From NCBI GenBank assembly GCA_016930515.1, contig JAFGGO010000070.1, positions 1-38,092 of the forward strand: 38,092 bases of DNA. The letters run 5' to 3'. The translations under genes and the position numbers were made by a program. The DNA is from Promethearchaeota archaeon (GTDB taxonomy: Archaea > Asgardarchaeota > Lokiarchaeia > Sigyniarchaeales > SOKP01). Below are positions 28,270 through 38,092 of the stretch, in pieces. How positions within the stretch are numbered: position 1 is the first letter of the stretch; each line of letters begins with the position of its first letter. The notes beneath the pieces are model-generated. The model worked only from the letters and a program-made list of their open reading frames with translations. It was not told the origin of the DNA and searched no databases.

Positions 28270-29949
28270 ATGATCTTTCTCAATTATAAAAATTTGGATG
28301 ATAAAAAAAATATGGGTCAAACAAAACATCAACTTTTCGTAGATTTGTTTCAGAATTTTCTAAAAATTAGCGAAGATATTGAGGCCGCCATCGTCTCTGA
28401 CAACGATGGTTTCATAATTGCTGGTGAAAAAAGGAAGGATATTGATATGGAGATCGTTTCAATTTTGGGTGTAATCGTAAATCCCATAATGGAGAGATTA
28501 AGAAACGAATTTGCATTCAAGGAGTTTGGTACTGCTAATTTTGATACGAGCGGTCACCGTCTTTTATTTGTTTCAATTGAAGAAAACAAGACACTCAGTG
28601 TTGTTTTAAGAAGTTTAGCATCAGTAGAACGGATTTCTCCTTATGCTTATTATATTGCTGAAAAAGTAGCCCAGATCCTTAATGTATCAGAAGACGAAAC
28701 CATAAACATCCACCTTCCTGAATTTGATTTTGAACCTATTTCTACCCAAGACGAGGACACGATGAACATCATCCATAAACAAAAAATTGAAGAAGGAGGA
28801 GCATATAGGTTTAAATTCATCATCATTGGCGACCACATGGTAGGAAAGACCTCCATCGTAAGGAGATTCGTAGGAAAAGAGTTTTTAACGGATTACCGCG
28901 CTACTATGGGCTTGCATGTAATGGGTCACTCCTTCGAGGCGTACGGTAATAACATCAACTTGTCTTTATGGGATATCGGAGCACAAGAGTATTTCAAGCG
29001 TTATAGGAAGATTTATTACAAGGGCGCCCAAGCAGCGTTCATTGTTTTTGATATTACAAGTCGAGAATCGTTTGAGAATGTGAAAGTATGGCACGACGAG
29101 CTCAGGGAATTCACGGAATATAAAGATTTACCAATCATCATTGTAGGAAATAAGAATGATCTCATTAACGAAAGACAGGTTAAATTTGATGAAGGCATTC
29201 AATTAGCGCGAGATTTATCTGATTTTGCCGAACTATACGAAAAGTCTGGTTTAACCGACTTTTCAGACCTTTCAAGCCTTTCAATATCATCAGACACGAG
29301 AATCATGTATATTGAAACGAGCGCACTCAATGGGGATAATGTAGAAAATGCGTTTAACTTACTTTCATATCATTATATTATAAAAAGCATGGAACTCGAG
29401 GAGCAAAGACTAAAGTCTTCTATTATCGGGGAGATTAAAAACATTCTTGAAAGTAATAAAAACACCGTAACTCTCTCGTTCGTGTCAGAAAATCCTTTAC
29501 AAAATCCTTTAATAAATTTGATTTTAGAAATCGAAGAATTAGGTCAACTATCGACTGAAAAGGATAAAAAAAAGGAGCAACAGTTCAATTACTCGAGTGG
29601 ATTGGTCGTAAAAAATCACGATTACGACTCTTTTAAAAGTTCTGACTCCGACGGAGTGTTTTTAACATTCGAATTAGCTGATAGAACTTTCATTGATCCA
29701 CAATGGAACGAGATCCTGATAAAAATCCTCGATAAAATTGGGAAGAATAAAGTAATTATTATCGGACTACTTTCTTCGGAAAAAACAGACGCATCAAAAA
29801 TAATAGAAGATTTCGTCATACCAAAGAAATATGAAAAAAAAAACACGTCCATTTTTTTTATCAAAATCAACGCTGAAAACAAGTTGGAACTTTACGAGCA
29901 GCTTGAAGTCATGGTTAACGAGGTAAAGAATCTCATGTTCTCTTATTAA
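28270..29949 (+). CDS. Roadblock/LC7 domain fused to Rab/Ras-like small GTPase plus C-terminal GTPase-like remnant
   Basis: N-terminal IEAAIVSDNDGFIIA (roadblock); G1 GDHMVGKTS, G2 YRATMG, G3 WDIGAQ, G4 NKND, G5 ETSAL. The start may be ATG 28312. Confidence 0.85.
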   Translation: MIFLNYKNLDDKKNMGQTKHQLFVDLFQNFLKISEDIEAAIVSDNDGFIIAGEKRKDIDMEIVSILGVIVNPIMERLRNEFAFKEFGTANFDTSGHRLLFVSIEENKTLSVVLRSLASVERISPYAYYIAEKVAQILNVSEDETINIHLPEFDFEPISTQDEDTMNIIHKQKIEEGGAYRFKFIIIGDHMVGKTSIVRRFVGKEFLTDYRATMGLHVMGHSFEAYGNNINLSLWDIGAQEYFKRYRKIYYKGAQAAFIVFDITSRESFENVKVWHDELREFTEYKDLPIIIVGNKNDLINERQVKFDEGIQLARDLSDFAELYEKSGLTDFSDLSSLSISSDTRIMYIETSALNGDNVENAFNLLSYHYIIKSMELEEQRLKSSIIGEIKNILESNKNTVTLSFVSENPLQNPLINLILEIEELGQLSTEKDKKKEQQFNYSSGLVVKNHDYDSFKSSDSDGVFLTFELADRTFIDPQWNEILIKILDKIGKNKVIIIGLLSSEKTDASKIIEDFVIPKKYEKKNTSIFFIKINAENKLELYEQLEVMVNEVKNLMFSY

Positions 29950-29983
29950 AGAGAGAAGATTAAAAGATGAAGTAAAAATAAGA

Positions 29984-31237
29984 TTATAAATCAATTTTTT
30001 CGGGATATGTGACTTCCAACAATTCTAACGCTTTTTTGGCAATTTCGTGAGATATTTGAACCTTTTTATCGAATGATTGATAAGCCTTTTGTATTTTTGG
30101 AAGCAAATACTCCGGAAAAATGATGAGAGGTTTAATATCCGTTAACAAGCATACGAATTCCCGATTCTCTCCGTCCTTTACATTAGCAATAACTTGGATA
30201 TCCCTCAACCAATCTAATATTCGTTGAGTGTTTGCGTATTCTGAAAACACCTTGGGGATCTTGGCTATTGGATAATAATTCTTTCTCATAAGCGCAAGAA
30301 AGTCGTAAATATCTGGATTCAACAGGAGCATCGACATACGCCCCAAATCCTCGTCGGTTTGGAGCAAAGGATCGTATTTGGAAAAAAATTCGATAGTTTT
30401 TTTCTCAAAATTTTCGTAAAGCGATGGATTGCTCGTTTTAAGGTGATCTAATAGAGTATTATTCGGAACCCGCGCCAATGTGATATCTTTTACTAAAAAC
30501 AGGTATTCTCCTTGAAACTTCATCCTACCCGTAGCTCTATCTTTTTCTCCCTTTATCCAATCCCTGCGTATTAAATTTAACTCTAAAAACGGTTCGATAA
30601 GGATGTCAATGTTGAAAACTGGTTTGATTTTTTCTAAAATATCCTTCATGTTGCTTTTTGAAATGGGTTTTTCCCTTAATGTCTTGAGGATGGTTAATCG
30701 CTCTCTCGTGTTAAAGATCAGCGCAACCTTCTGGAGCCTGTCCAAGTTTGCCAATCGCTCGACCTGAAAGATCGTGAAGCTAATGTCTGTTTTTATTTTA
30801 TCGTTAATTTTCAGTATTATGGAAGTTTGTTTTGCCGCATTCGCTTTCAAGAGCGTTTCAAAGGAATTATCTAGTCGAATCGTCAAGTCTTTAATTAAAT
30901 CCTCGAAGATGGCAATCTCGTCGTCGAGCTCGAATATTGAGATCGTGATGTATTGAGTTCCGTCCGCCTCCTGCTTGTAATATGATATGACTTGATAGGG
31001 CGTTTCTTTTAACCTACCAGTGTAATAATTGCTGTGACCGCCCTTGCTGGCGTAAATGCCCGTAGTGTGTTGATAAAAAATGGCAAAAATGTCGTTTTCG
31101 GCAATAAGACCGGAGTAGCTGTTGGGCGTGAAGTCTTCGTTCTTGAGCACGATTTGGACGGGTTTGAATTCGGGCTCTATCTCCCCGGAAGGGGATTGGT
31201 TTAAAACGAACTGAAAACAAAATATACCTTGAATCAT
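29984..31237 (-). CDS. Asgard-type hypothetical protein; possible longin/uDENN-like N-terminus plus two winged-helix-like domains
   Basis: Alternating beta/alpha N-terminus; RLTILKTLREKPISKSNMKDIL...LIEPFLELNLIRRDW and a second similar segment. The fold call is inference. Confidence 0.5.
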   Translation of the reverse strand: MIQGIFCFQFVLNQSPSGEIEPEFKPVQIVLKNEDFTPNSYSGLIAENDIFAIFYQHTTGIYASKGGHSNYYTGRLKETPYQVISYYKQEADGTQYITISIFELDDEIAIFEDLIKDLTIRLDNSFETLLKANAAKQTSIILKINDKIKTDISFTIFQVERLANLDRLQKVALIFNTRERLTILKTLREKPISKSNMKDILEKIKPVFNIDILIEPFLELNLIRRDWIKGEKDRATGRMKFQGEYLFLVKDITLARVPNNTLLDHLKTSNPSLYENFEKKTIEFFSKYDPLLQTDEDLGRMSMLLLNPDIYDFLALMRKNYYPIAKIPKVFSEYANTQRILDWLRDIQVIANVKDGENREFVCLLTDIKPLIIFPEYLLPKIQKAYQSFDKKVQISHEIAKKALELLEVTYPEKIDL

Positions 31238-31381
31238 ATTTAATATCCTCGAAGTTATGGTAAAATGTTTATATTTATATAAATTAGATGCATTAAATAT
31301 AAATAGTTCATCTTAATTTTCAAAATTTTTACTACATAATTATAAGTTTACTTTTACTAATTGAATTGATGGGATATACAT

Positions 31382-34300
31382 ATGATTTTAACAAATAAAA
31401 AGTATAAAAAATTATTGATGATGAGCTCCCTTCTAGTTATTATACTGTTTGGTGCATTCACCGAAATAAATTTTTGGGAAAATAATATTTATTCTACTGG
31501 ATTAAAGAACGATGAAAGCAACCTAAATGCGTCTCAAGGAACATATACAGTTCCCTATTCGGATGAATTGCTGGAGGACAACGGTTTTGACTCGGGATCT
31601 ACATTTTGGAAAACTTCAATAGATGATTCGAATAACGATATTAATACGGTTTATAATACGGGATCAGTAAGTTTTGATGTTTTAGGTAACGAGGGATCTT
31701 ATAATTATAGTGAAATTCCAGTCTATGCAGATTGGGGTGATGATATTGATAATCCTTATACAAATTATTGGTGCGATTCAGCTGGTTATGTAGCAGGTGA
31801 GGGTGTATCAGTAACTCATGAATGGCATGATGGCTCTGAACAAGACCAGCACGCTGGAGCCTATTGGCAATATGATATTTCAACGGATATTAATATATCA
31901 GACTATAAGGTTGTTCAAGCAGAATTAGATGCCATCGTGAGCACTCAACCAAACACAGGATCTTCTCCTTTAGAGGCACAAGATTCTGCAAAATTATATG
32001 TAGAAATACGAGATTTAGCGGGAAGTCTTCCGGCTGTTAGAGTTGCGAGCATTGAAACAATTGGCACGACATCATTAACATATGAACACATGACGGTATT
32101 AGATCAAAATATCTTGATTTCCGTAATAGAATCAGCACTTGCTGATAATTCGCAACAATTTTCCATCTTTTTGGGCATAGAGGCAGAATTTGTGGATAAT
32201 GTAGGAGCTATTGATGACGATAGGTGGAATTATTTAAGAATTAATTACTTTAGTCTAAATTTTACTTATCAAAAAATAATAGACTACGATTCTAAAGCTT
32301 CTTTTTATCAAACTGTAGCGGCTATTCCTTCAGCAGCAAAGAATATCGAGGCCAATTTGACATTAAGTTTTTGGGGTAATACTACTTGGCCAAGCGCTTC
32401 TCCAAATTCTGCTTTGAGGTTTGTTTTTAACAACAACGATCCTCACACTGAAACGATAAACCTGCTTGACTCATTAGGAATTTCACCAGCAACATTTGAT
32501 GTAACTAATAGAATCGTGAAAGGAAGTCCTTTTAATGTATCAATCGAGCTTGTAATTAAAGATTTTAACTTTTACCTCGATCACGGCATAAAAATCTCAA
32601 TTGATGATGTATATCTAAGCATAGCATATGACCTCGAATACGAAGAAACTCTAACTCGGTTAAGCTTGTTCATCAATAATGAAAATATTACTGGTAAGAA
32701 TTTCGCAGATGTTATAAGAGGAGAAACTTTCACCATTTCAGCAGAATATACAAACCAATCGGGAGATGTTATTGACAACGCAACCGTGTATCTAATCGGA
32801 CCTCCAAGCGTAACCAACTATTCAATGACTCAAAGTACCTCTGGTAGTAATTATACTGCGGAAATCGATTCTGGAGCACTCGATTATGGTGTAAAATACT
32901 TTACATTATATGCAAGTCAAGATACCTACGAAAGCCAAACGATTCCCAGCATTCGAATATCAGTAATAGATAGGTATGCTTATATCGATAAATTATACAT
33001 GAACGGAACGGATTATACATCAACGCAAACTATGGAAGATTGGCCTTCAGGGGATTTATTAAACATAACAGTTGAATACATTGATAATGAAACGGAAGAG
33101 CCAATTCAAGGAGCTAATGTAAAGATTCAAGAAGGTCTGGTTGAAATCGGTGGATTTTCAGAAGATTTGACCGATCATTATTATTACTTCTTGTTAGACA
33201 CCACGGGCAAAAGTAAGGGAGCCTATTATTATACAATAACTGCTGACAAAGAAAATTGCACATTAGATTCCCTCCAAATTACCGTCCTCATCGAGCTTAA
33301 AGCCACTCAAATTAGATTGTATATTAATGGAACAGAGCAGTTTGAGGATGATGTTTATAGTGTTGATATTCTTGATGAAGCGTTGAATATTTCAATTGAG
33401 TATCGATCTTCTTCTGGAATCCATTTAACTGAGCCTTCTATTACAAATTTGCTAGTTGGTGGTGTTGTACATTGGAATTTAGAAGAAGATTTATCTAATG
33501 AGATATATTACGTAATTGTAAATATTACAGATTTTAACGAAACCACGAATAGCATGAGCGTGTTTGCCGAAAAAGAAGGATTCGCCCCGATTGACATTGA
33601 TTTCATAATCTTAATAGAGGATGTGCAAACAGTACTTACAACAAATATCACTGATTTACTTAATGTGCCATATCTTTCAAACTTTACCGTTCAGTTCAAC
33701 TATACTCAGGATGGTCCCGGAGAGGAAGGTATCTCAACGACATTTATCTCACACAATTGGAATTCATCTTTTTCATTTTTAACAGAATTCTCCCCAGGAC
33801 AATATCGCCTCACATGTAATACATCTGGATATCCCACGACGGTTCACACCCTAAAAATAACCATAAATCCACCAAATTACGAGCCTCAAATAGCGGTAAT
33901 AAACATTCAGGTGGTTGAAATTGCTACGGATAATTTAATATTATGGATTAACGGAACTCAACGAAACGATGGGTATGTTGTTGAATCTGATGTATATGAT
34001 ACTTTAAACATTTCCGTAGAATTTAGGTCTTCAGATAAACATTTAGAAAGCCCCTCTTCGGTAAGATTATTTGTTGGAGGGATTCCAACTTGGAATTTAA
34101 TCGAGGATCCAGCTCACGAAATATATACTAAATTAATCAATATTGTCGATCTAAATGGAACGACAAATACCATGTATATATTTGCTGAAAAGGAAGGATA
34201 TCTTCCTAAAGGATTCAATTTCTTCATCTATGTAGGTGAAGTACAGACCAGCACGAGCATTTTCTTAAATAACGAGAATATGACGGGAGATTTATCTATG

Positions 34301-35197
34301 ACTCTTGCAATGGGACGAACTCTTAATGTTACGGTTGAATATAGTGATCGATTTGGAAATTATATAAGTAATGCTATTGTTACGCTAGAATGTTCTAATC
34401 CAACATTGAATCTACAATTACAGGAAGCATCAGGACAATATTATTTCATAATAATTAATACCACTGATTTTATTGGAGAAGATCTCACCCCCAGGTTCCA
34501 TATTAAAGCAACCAAGCAAAATTTTGGACGACAAGACGAAGACATATATCTTACCATAAGACAACGAAATGTCGAGATACAATTAATTAATGGTCAATTA
34601 GAATACAATCTTACTAAAGGCGCAAATGTGAGAATCCAATTCAGGCTTTTCGACACCGATTACAACGAATACATCGAGGGGGTTATCGTTTATTACCGGA
34701 TATTTAGCTCTGTTTCTAGTGTGACTGATGTAGATGGTGTTTACGAGATATATTTGACAAATCTACCTAGCGGTAACTTTGAACTGAACATGTATAGCGG
34801 AGAAACGGACTATTATGGCCAGGGAAATTTAGATATTACTTTTAATGTCAAGAATCCGAGCGACGAATCGTTCTTATATACAATAATTTGGATTTTGATT
34901 ATTGGAGGAATCATACTCGCCGTTGGTTTCAGTGGCTATATTTACGCTTATCAGAAAGTCTTAAAGTACCCAAAGCCAGTAAGAAAGGTCAGAAAGTACA
35001 AAAACAACCTCAAGAAAAGAACCTTTAAAGGTCCCGAAGTCGTGCCAAGAGAACAGGCGTTCGATCAACTTTACAAGAACGACCTTGGAGAAGTTGGAAG
35101 GACCGTCAAGATCAAAAACATGGATTTAAGCTCAATCGCCAAACAACCTCTTGATAAAGCTTTAAAAAAAACTCCTGACGAGGAAAACAAGCAATAA
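31382..35197 (+). CDS. Large membrane-anchored surface glycoprotein with tandem Ig-like repeats
   Basis: Signal peptide; many N-x-S/T sequons; repeats of LNITVEY...I.GA.V...YY..IDT...A.K..Y; C-terminal TM and KYPKPVRKVRKYK basic cytoplasmic tail. Confidence 0.85.
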   Translation: MILTNKKYKKLLMMSSLLVIILFGAFTEINFWENNIYSTGLKNDESNLNASQGTYTVPYSDELLEDNGFDSGSTFWKTSIDDSNNDINTVYNTGSVSFDVLGNEGSYNYSEIPVYADWGDDIDNPYTNYWCDSAGYVAGEGVSVTHEWHDGSEQDQHAGAYWQYDISTDINISDYKVVQAELDAIVSTQPNTGSSPLEAQDSAKLYVEIRDLAGSLPAVRVASIETIGTTSLTYEHMTVLDQNILISVIESALADNSQQFSIFLGIEAEFVDNVGAIDDDRWNYLRINYFSLNFTYQKIIDYDSKASFYQTVAAIPSAAKNIEANLTLSFWGNTTWPSASPNSALRFVFNNNDPHTETINLLDSLGISPATFDVTNRIVKGSPFNVSIELVIKDFNFYLDHGIKISIDDVYLSIAYDLEYEETLTRLSLFINNENITGKNFADVIRGETFTISAEYTNQSGDVIDNATVYLIGPPSVTNYSMTQSTSGSNYTAEIDSGALDYGVKYFTLYASQDTYESQTIPSIRISVIDRYAYIDKLYMNGTDYTSTQTMEDWPSGDLLNITVEYIDNETEEPIQGANVKIQEGLVEIGGFSEDLTDHYYYFLLDTTGKSKGAYYYTITADKENCTLDSLQITVLIELKATQIRLYINGTEQFEDDVYSVDILDEALNISIEYRSSSGIHLTEPSITNLLVGGVVHWNLEEDLSNEIYYVIVNITDFNETTNSMSVFAEKEGFAPIDIDFIILIEDVQTVLTTNITDLLNVPYLSNFTVQFNYTQDGPGEEGISTTFISHNWNSSFSFLTEFSPGQYRLTCNTSGYPTTVHTLKITINPPNYEPQIAVINIQVVEIATDNLILWINGTQRNDGYVVESDVYDTLNISVEFRSSDKHLESPSSVRLFVGGIPTWNLIEDPAHEIYTKLINIVDLNGTTNTMYIFAEKEGYLPKGFNFFIYVGEVQTSTSIFLNNENMTGDLSMTLAMGRTLNVTVEYSDRFGNYISNAIVTLECSNPTLNLQLQEASGQYYFIIINTTDFIGEDLTPRFHIKATKQNFGRQDEDIYLTIRQRNVEIQLINGQLEYNLTKGANVRIQFRLFDTDYNEYIEGVIVYYRIFSSVSSVTDVDGVYEIYLTNLPSGNFELNMYSGETDYYGQGNLDITFNVKNPSDESFLYTIIWILIIGGIILAVGFSGYIYAYQKVLKYPKPVRKVRKYKNNLKKRTFKGPEVVPREQAFDQLYKNDLGEVGRTVKIKNMDLSSIAKQPLDKALKKTPDEENKQ

Positions 35198-35227
35198 TAA
35201 ATCAAACTTCTTAAAATTTTTTCTTTT

Positions 35228-35791
35228 TTATTTCTTTTTCGTATTTTCGTTAAGCAACGCAAAAACAATCGCGTCGTGAAACGAACCGTGCAAATTTATA
35301 TAATCCGCAAGAATTCCTTCTTGTTTAAATCCTGCTTTGACAAACATTTGTATAGCAGCAAGATTTTCGACAGCGCAATGGGCCTCTAACCTACGCAATC
35401 TCAAATGAATAAATGCTACATTTTTTACGAGTTCCGTGATATAAAAACCAATACTTTTATAGAACCATTTGGGTACCAACCATATGCCGATTTCAGCTCT
35501 TTGGTGCACCCAATTGAGATTCCACAAGCTCGTACAGCCAATCGGGCTTAATTTATCGTCGTCAAAAAGTTCCACGATGTATGTAAATTGAGAAGATTCC
35601 TCCCAATAGGTGATATAGCTTTTTACCAAGCGCCTAGAATGATCCATCGACAATAAAGGTCCCAAGGATAAAAACTGGTTTACCTTTGGTAAATTTAAGC
35701 TATTATACAAGAACTCTGAATCGTTTCTCGCTACTTTTCTGAGGAACACGGTTCCATCGTCAATATTTTCCACGACGTCTATATTCAACAT
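35228..35791 (-). CDS. GNAT acetyltransferase, RimJ/RimL family
   Basis: RAEIGIWL, LRRLEAHCAVENLAA..FVKAGFKQEGIL, G.FHD. Confidence 0.88.
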   Translation of the reverse strand: MLNIDVVENIDDGTVFLRKVARNDSEFLYNSLNLPKVNQFLSLGPLLSMDHSRRLVKSYITYWEESSQFTYIVELFDDDKLSPIGCTSLWNLNWVHQRAEIGIWLVPKWFYKSIGFYITELVKNVAFIHLRLRRLEAHCAVENLAAIQMFVKAGFKQEGILADYINLHGSFHDAIVFALLNENTKKK

Positions 35792-35882
35792 TGAATGTTG
35801 AAATAAAGTCGCTATGCTTAAAAATGATATCGTCTAGGTCAAAACGAATAAAAAAAAGGGGAAAATATAACTGCAGAGTCGT

Positions 35883-36797
35883 TTAGTATCCCTTGTATTT
35901 GGGAGTGTCGCGGACTTTCTTTGCTCCTTTACATACGGGACAAGTTGAACCGTCGTCGAGAGATCCCTTTCCGCCGCATTTAGGACACGCCACGCGCCTG
36001 TTAAATGCGTTAATTCCTTCCATGACATCAGAAGAAGCGCTATTGAGGCCAAATCCAATTTGTTCGAAGTTCAAACCAACAGAGAGAGCAGATTGCGTTC
36101 CGAACTTGACGGCTTTTTTAATGATCATCAAGCTCGTCGTTGGAAGCGCTCCAAGCATTTTGGCTTTTTGGTGGACAACTTTCTCGAATTCTTCTCCAGG
36201 TTCTGTCAAATAGGACACATAACCCCATTCGTGCATCTTTTGCGCAGGAACATTTTCTCCAAAATAGATCATGTTCATGACTCTCGCTTGTCCGAGGTGC
36301 CTGATCATTCTTTGAGTTCCACCATTTGCAGGGAAAATACCCCTGTGAATTTCTGGAAAGCCAAAAACGGCTCGATTCGTTGCGATAATGATATCGCAAA
36401 CCAAGGTCAATTCGCACCCACCACCAAGGGCAAATCCGTCAACAGCAGCGATGATTGGCTTTGGAAAGGCATCAATGATGTTGTAATATCTGAGTTTTTG
36501 CTGCATTGACAACATCATGTCGCTCACGATGTTTGGTTGTATGCCCTCCCCGAACCCTCCAACTAAATCTGCTCCAGCAGAAAAAGCGGGTTTTTTTGTA
36601 AAGTCTTTCGTACCTCGAAGAACGACGCAACGAACTGACTTATCAACTTCCAATTTTTCGAGCGCCATATGGATCTCTTTTACGGTTTTTGTCTGCAAGG
36701 CGTTTAACATGTCAGGTCGGTTCAGTTCAATGACAGCGTAATTCCCATCAATACCATCTTTCGGTAAGGTAACTTTTATATGTTCGTATTCAACCAT
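35883..36797 (-). CDS. Enoyl-CoA hydratase/crotonase with C-terminal zinc-ribbon insertion
   Basis: LNRPDMLNAL, FSAGADL, PKPIIAAVDGFALGGGCEL, FGFPE (both catalytic Glu present). Confidence 0.92.
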   Translation of the reverse strand: MVEYEHIKVTLPKDGIDGNYAVIELNRPDMLNALQTKTVKEIHMALEKLEVDKSVRCVVLRGTKDFTKKPAFSAGADLVGGFGEGIQPNIVSDMMLSMQQKLRYYNIIDAFPKPIIAAVDGFALGGGCELTLVCDIIIATNRAVFGFPEIHRGIFPANGGTQRMIRHLGQARVMNMIYFGENVPAQKMHEWGYVSYLTEPGEEFEKVVHQKAKMLGALPTTSLMIIKKAVKFGTQSALSVGLNFEQIGFGLNSASSDVMEGINAFNRRVACPKCGGKGSLDDGSTCPVCKGAKKVRDTPKYKGY

Positions 36798-37001
36798 TTT
36801 TTTTCAACCTTTTTACATAATTTTATTCTAAATAATTATTGACAATAATTTTAATCTTCAGTAGAATTAATAATTTTCAAAATTCTACCTCCTTATTAAC
36901 AGCGTTAAATTAGAACGAGCGTTAAAAATGCACCAATTTCAATGAAAATAATTCTGAGTAAGATATATAAAAAAAAGATAGAATAAAAAGAAAAAAAGTA
37001 T

Positions 37002-38092
37002 TTATTTTTTCATTTCGATGAATTTTCCAGATTTCATGAGATCGACAGGTCTAAGGTATTCTTTTTTGGTTTGATCGGCTAATTTTTCTAATATGCTTGA
37101 CCAAGCCTCGTAATTTTTAACACCCATCGAGAAAGGTCCTGGTACATTCATTCCCGCCATGTTTGCGTCGTCAATTACCTTGTATCCGCTCGCAATCCCC
37201 TCTTCGAGGATGCGACAGCCCTCGTTCAACATGATGGCAAATGTTGTTGTGAGATCGAAAATCCCAGCAGGTTCTGCCTCTTTAATGCTCGCCATGATGG
37301 CGTCTCGACCCATATTCCAATCGTATAAGCCTAATTTGTTTCCTTTATTTCCCAAATTTCCTTTAGCATATAAATCTTTTATAACCTTGCCAGGCTCAAA
37401 ATCAGAGGATAAGGTTTTCTTATAATATTCCATAATATGTACCGTTGTATCAATACCAACGAAGTCTGTTAAGACACATGGTGGCATGGGTGCCTTTCCA
37501 CCCGTATCTGCATCGATCTGTGCAGGAGTCTTACCTTCTTCAGTAGCCTTATCAATCACCCAATTGAGGTAAATCTGAATAGGGGCGTTTAACCTATTCA
37601 CGATGAATCCTGGGCGATCCTTCAAGACTTTAGCAATGTATCGTTTTCCCTTCAGACAAGGAAGTTTTTGGCACACGTCCATTGCAATTTCCATCGTGTT
37701 TTCGGAAGTGTTATCGCTTTTTATGACCTCGATCAACCGCATCAAGGGTACAGGGTTGAAGAAGTGAATTCCGCACACTCTATCAGGAGCACCACAATCC
37801 TTTCCAATTTCGGTGATGCTCATTGTTGAAGTGTTAGAGCCAAAGATAACATGAGATGGCCCATTTTCAATCACGGTTTTTGCGACATCTTTTTTGATAT
37901 CCATCTTCTCAATTACCGCTTCGATAACCATATCAACATCTTTTACGGCAGTTGCTAAATTTATCGATTTAGAACATTTTGATAAGAGAGAATCTGCAGA
38001 GGCTTCTCCTAAAGCGCCCTTTTCTTCGAGTTTTTTCAGGCCTGCTGCGATGCCTTTATATCCGTTGTCAACGAACTCGTCTTTGATGTCCA
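37002..38092 (-). CDS. 3-hydroxyacyl-CoA dehydrogenase (5'-truncated by window edge; duplicated C-terminal domain)
   Basis: Frame open from the window end (DIKDEFVDNGYKGI...KDVDMVIEAVIE); SNTS, GIHFFNP, PGFIVNR, second LNEGCRILEEG domain. Confidence 0.92.
   Translation of the reverse strand, partial: DIKDEFVDNGYKGIAAGLKKLEEKGALGEASADSLLSKCSKSINLATAVKDVDMVIEAVIEKMDIKKDVAKTVIENGPSHVIFGSNTSTMSITEIGKDCGAPDRVCGIHFFNPVPLMRLIEVIKSDNTSENTMEIAMDVCQKLPCLKGKRYIAKVLKDRPGFIVNRLNAPIQIYLNWVIDKATEEGKTPAQIDADTGGKAPMPPCVLTDFVGIDTTVHIMEYYKKTLSSDFEPGKVIKDLYAKGNLGNKGNKLGLYDWNMGRDAIMASIKEAEPAGIFDLTTTFAIMLNEGCRILEEGIASGYKVIDDANMAGMNVPGPFSMGVKNYEAWSSILEKLADQTKKEYLRPVDLMKSGKFIEMKK

Noticed and set aside
37002-37931. 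ORF-track start at 37931 for the 3-hydroxyacyl-CoA dehydrogenase
   Set aside because: The frame stays open to the window end and the Rossmann GxGxxG is missing, so the true start is outside the window.

Overview
AT-rich archaeal window, most likely Lokiarchaeia (Asgard). This is inferred from a Loki-type PG[F/Y]-TM-basic sorting tail, a roadblock-GTPase fusion, a geranylgeranyl reductase and eukaryote-like SECIS elements. The ORF track fragments three selenoprotein genes, which I reassembled by reading through 7 in-frame UGA codons that all sit at conserved Cys positions: hdrA-1 (411-2366, 2 Sec), mvhD (2383-2823, 2 Sec) and hdrA-2 (~10512-12452, 3 Sec). Two identically dimensioned AUGA/GA SECIS hairpins lie in the 3' UTRs (2828-2899, 12529-12598), each with an extra side hairpin. 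The most novel-looking element is an unannotated, apparently leaderless 25-codon Val/Leu-rich uORF (19911-19988, minus strand). It is followed by mutually exclusive RNA helices, one able to mask the Shine-Dalgarno of an acyl-CoA dehydrogenase-etfB-etfA operon, making it a candidate ribosome-mediated branched-chain amino acid attenuator in an Asgard archaeon. The rest comprises an FdhB/FrhB-like subunit, a polyferredoxin, a bacterial-type class I GAPDH, beta-oxidation enzymes, a stand-alone HerA-like ATPase, hydrolases, surface proteins and a block of Asgard-type signalling-like proteins. No rRNA, tRNA, CRISPR array or mobile element was recognised. All assignments come from motif recognition by eye; no searches or folding programs were run.
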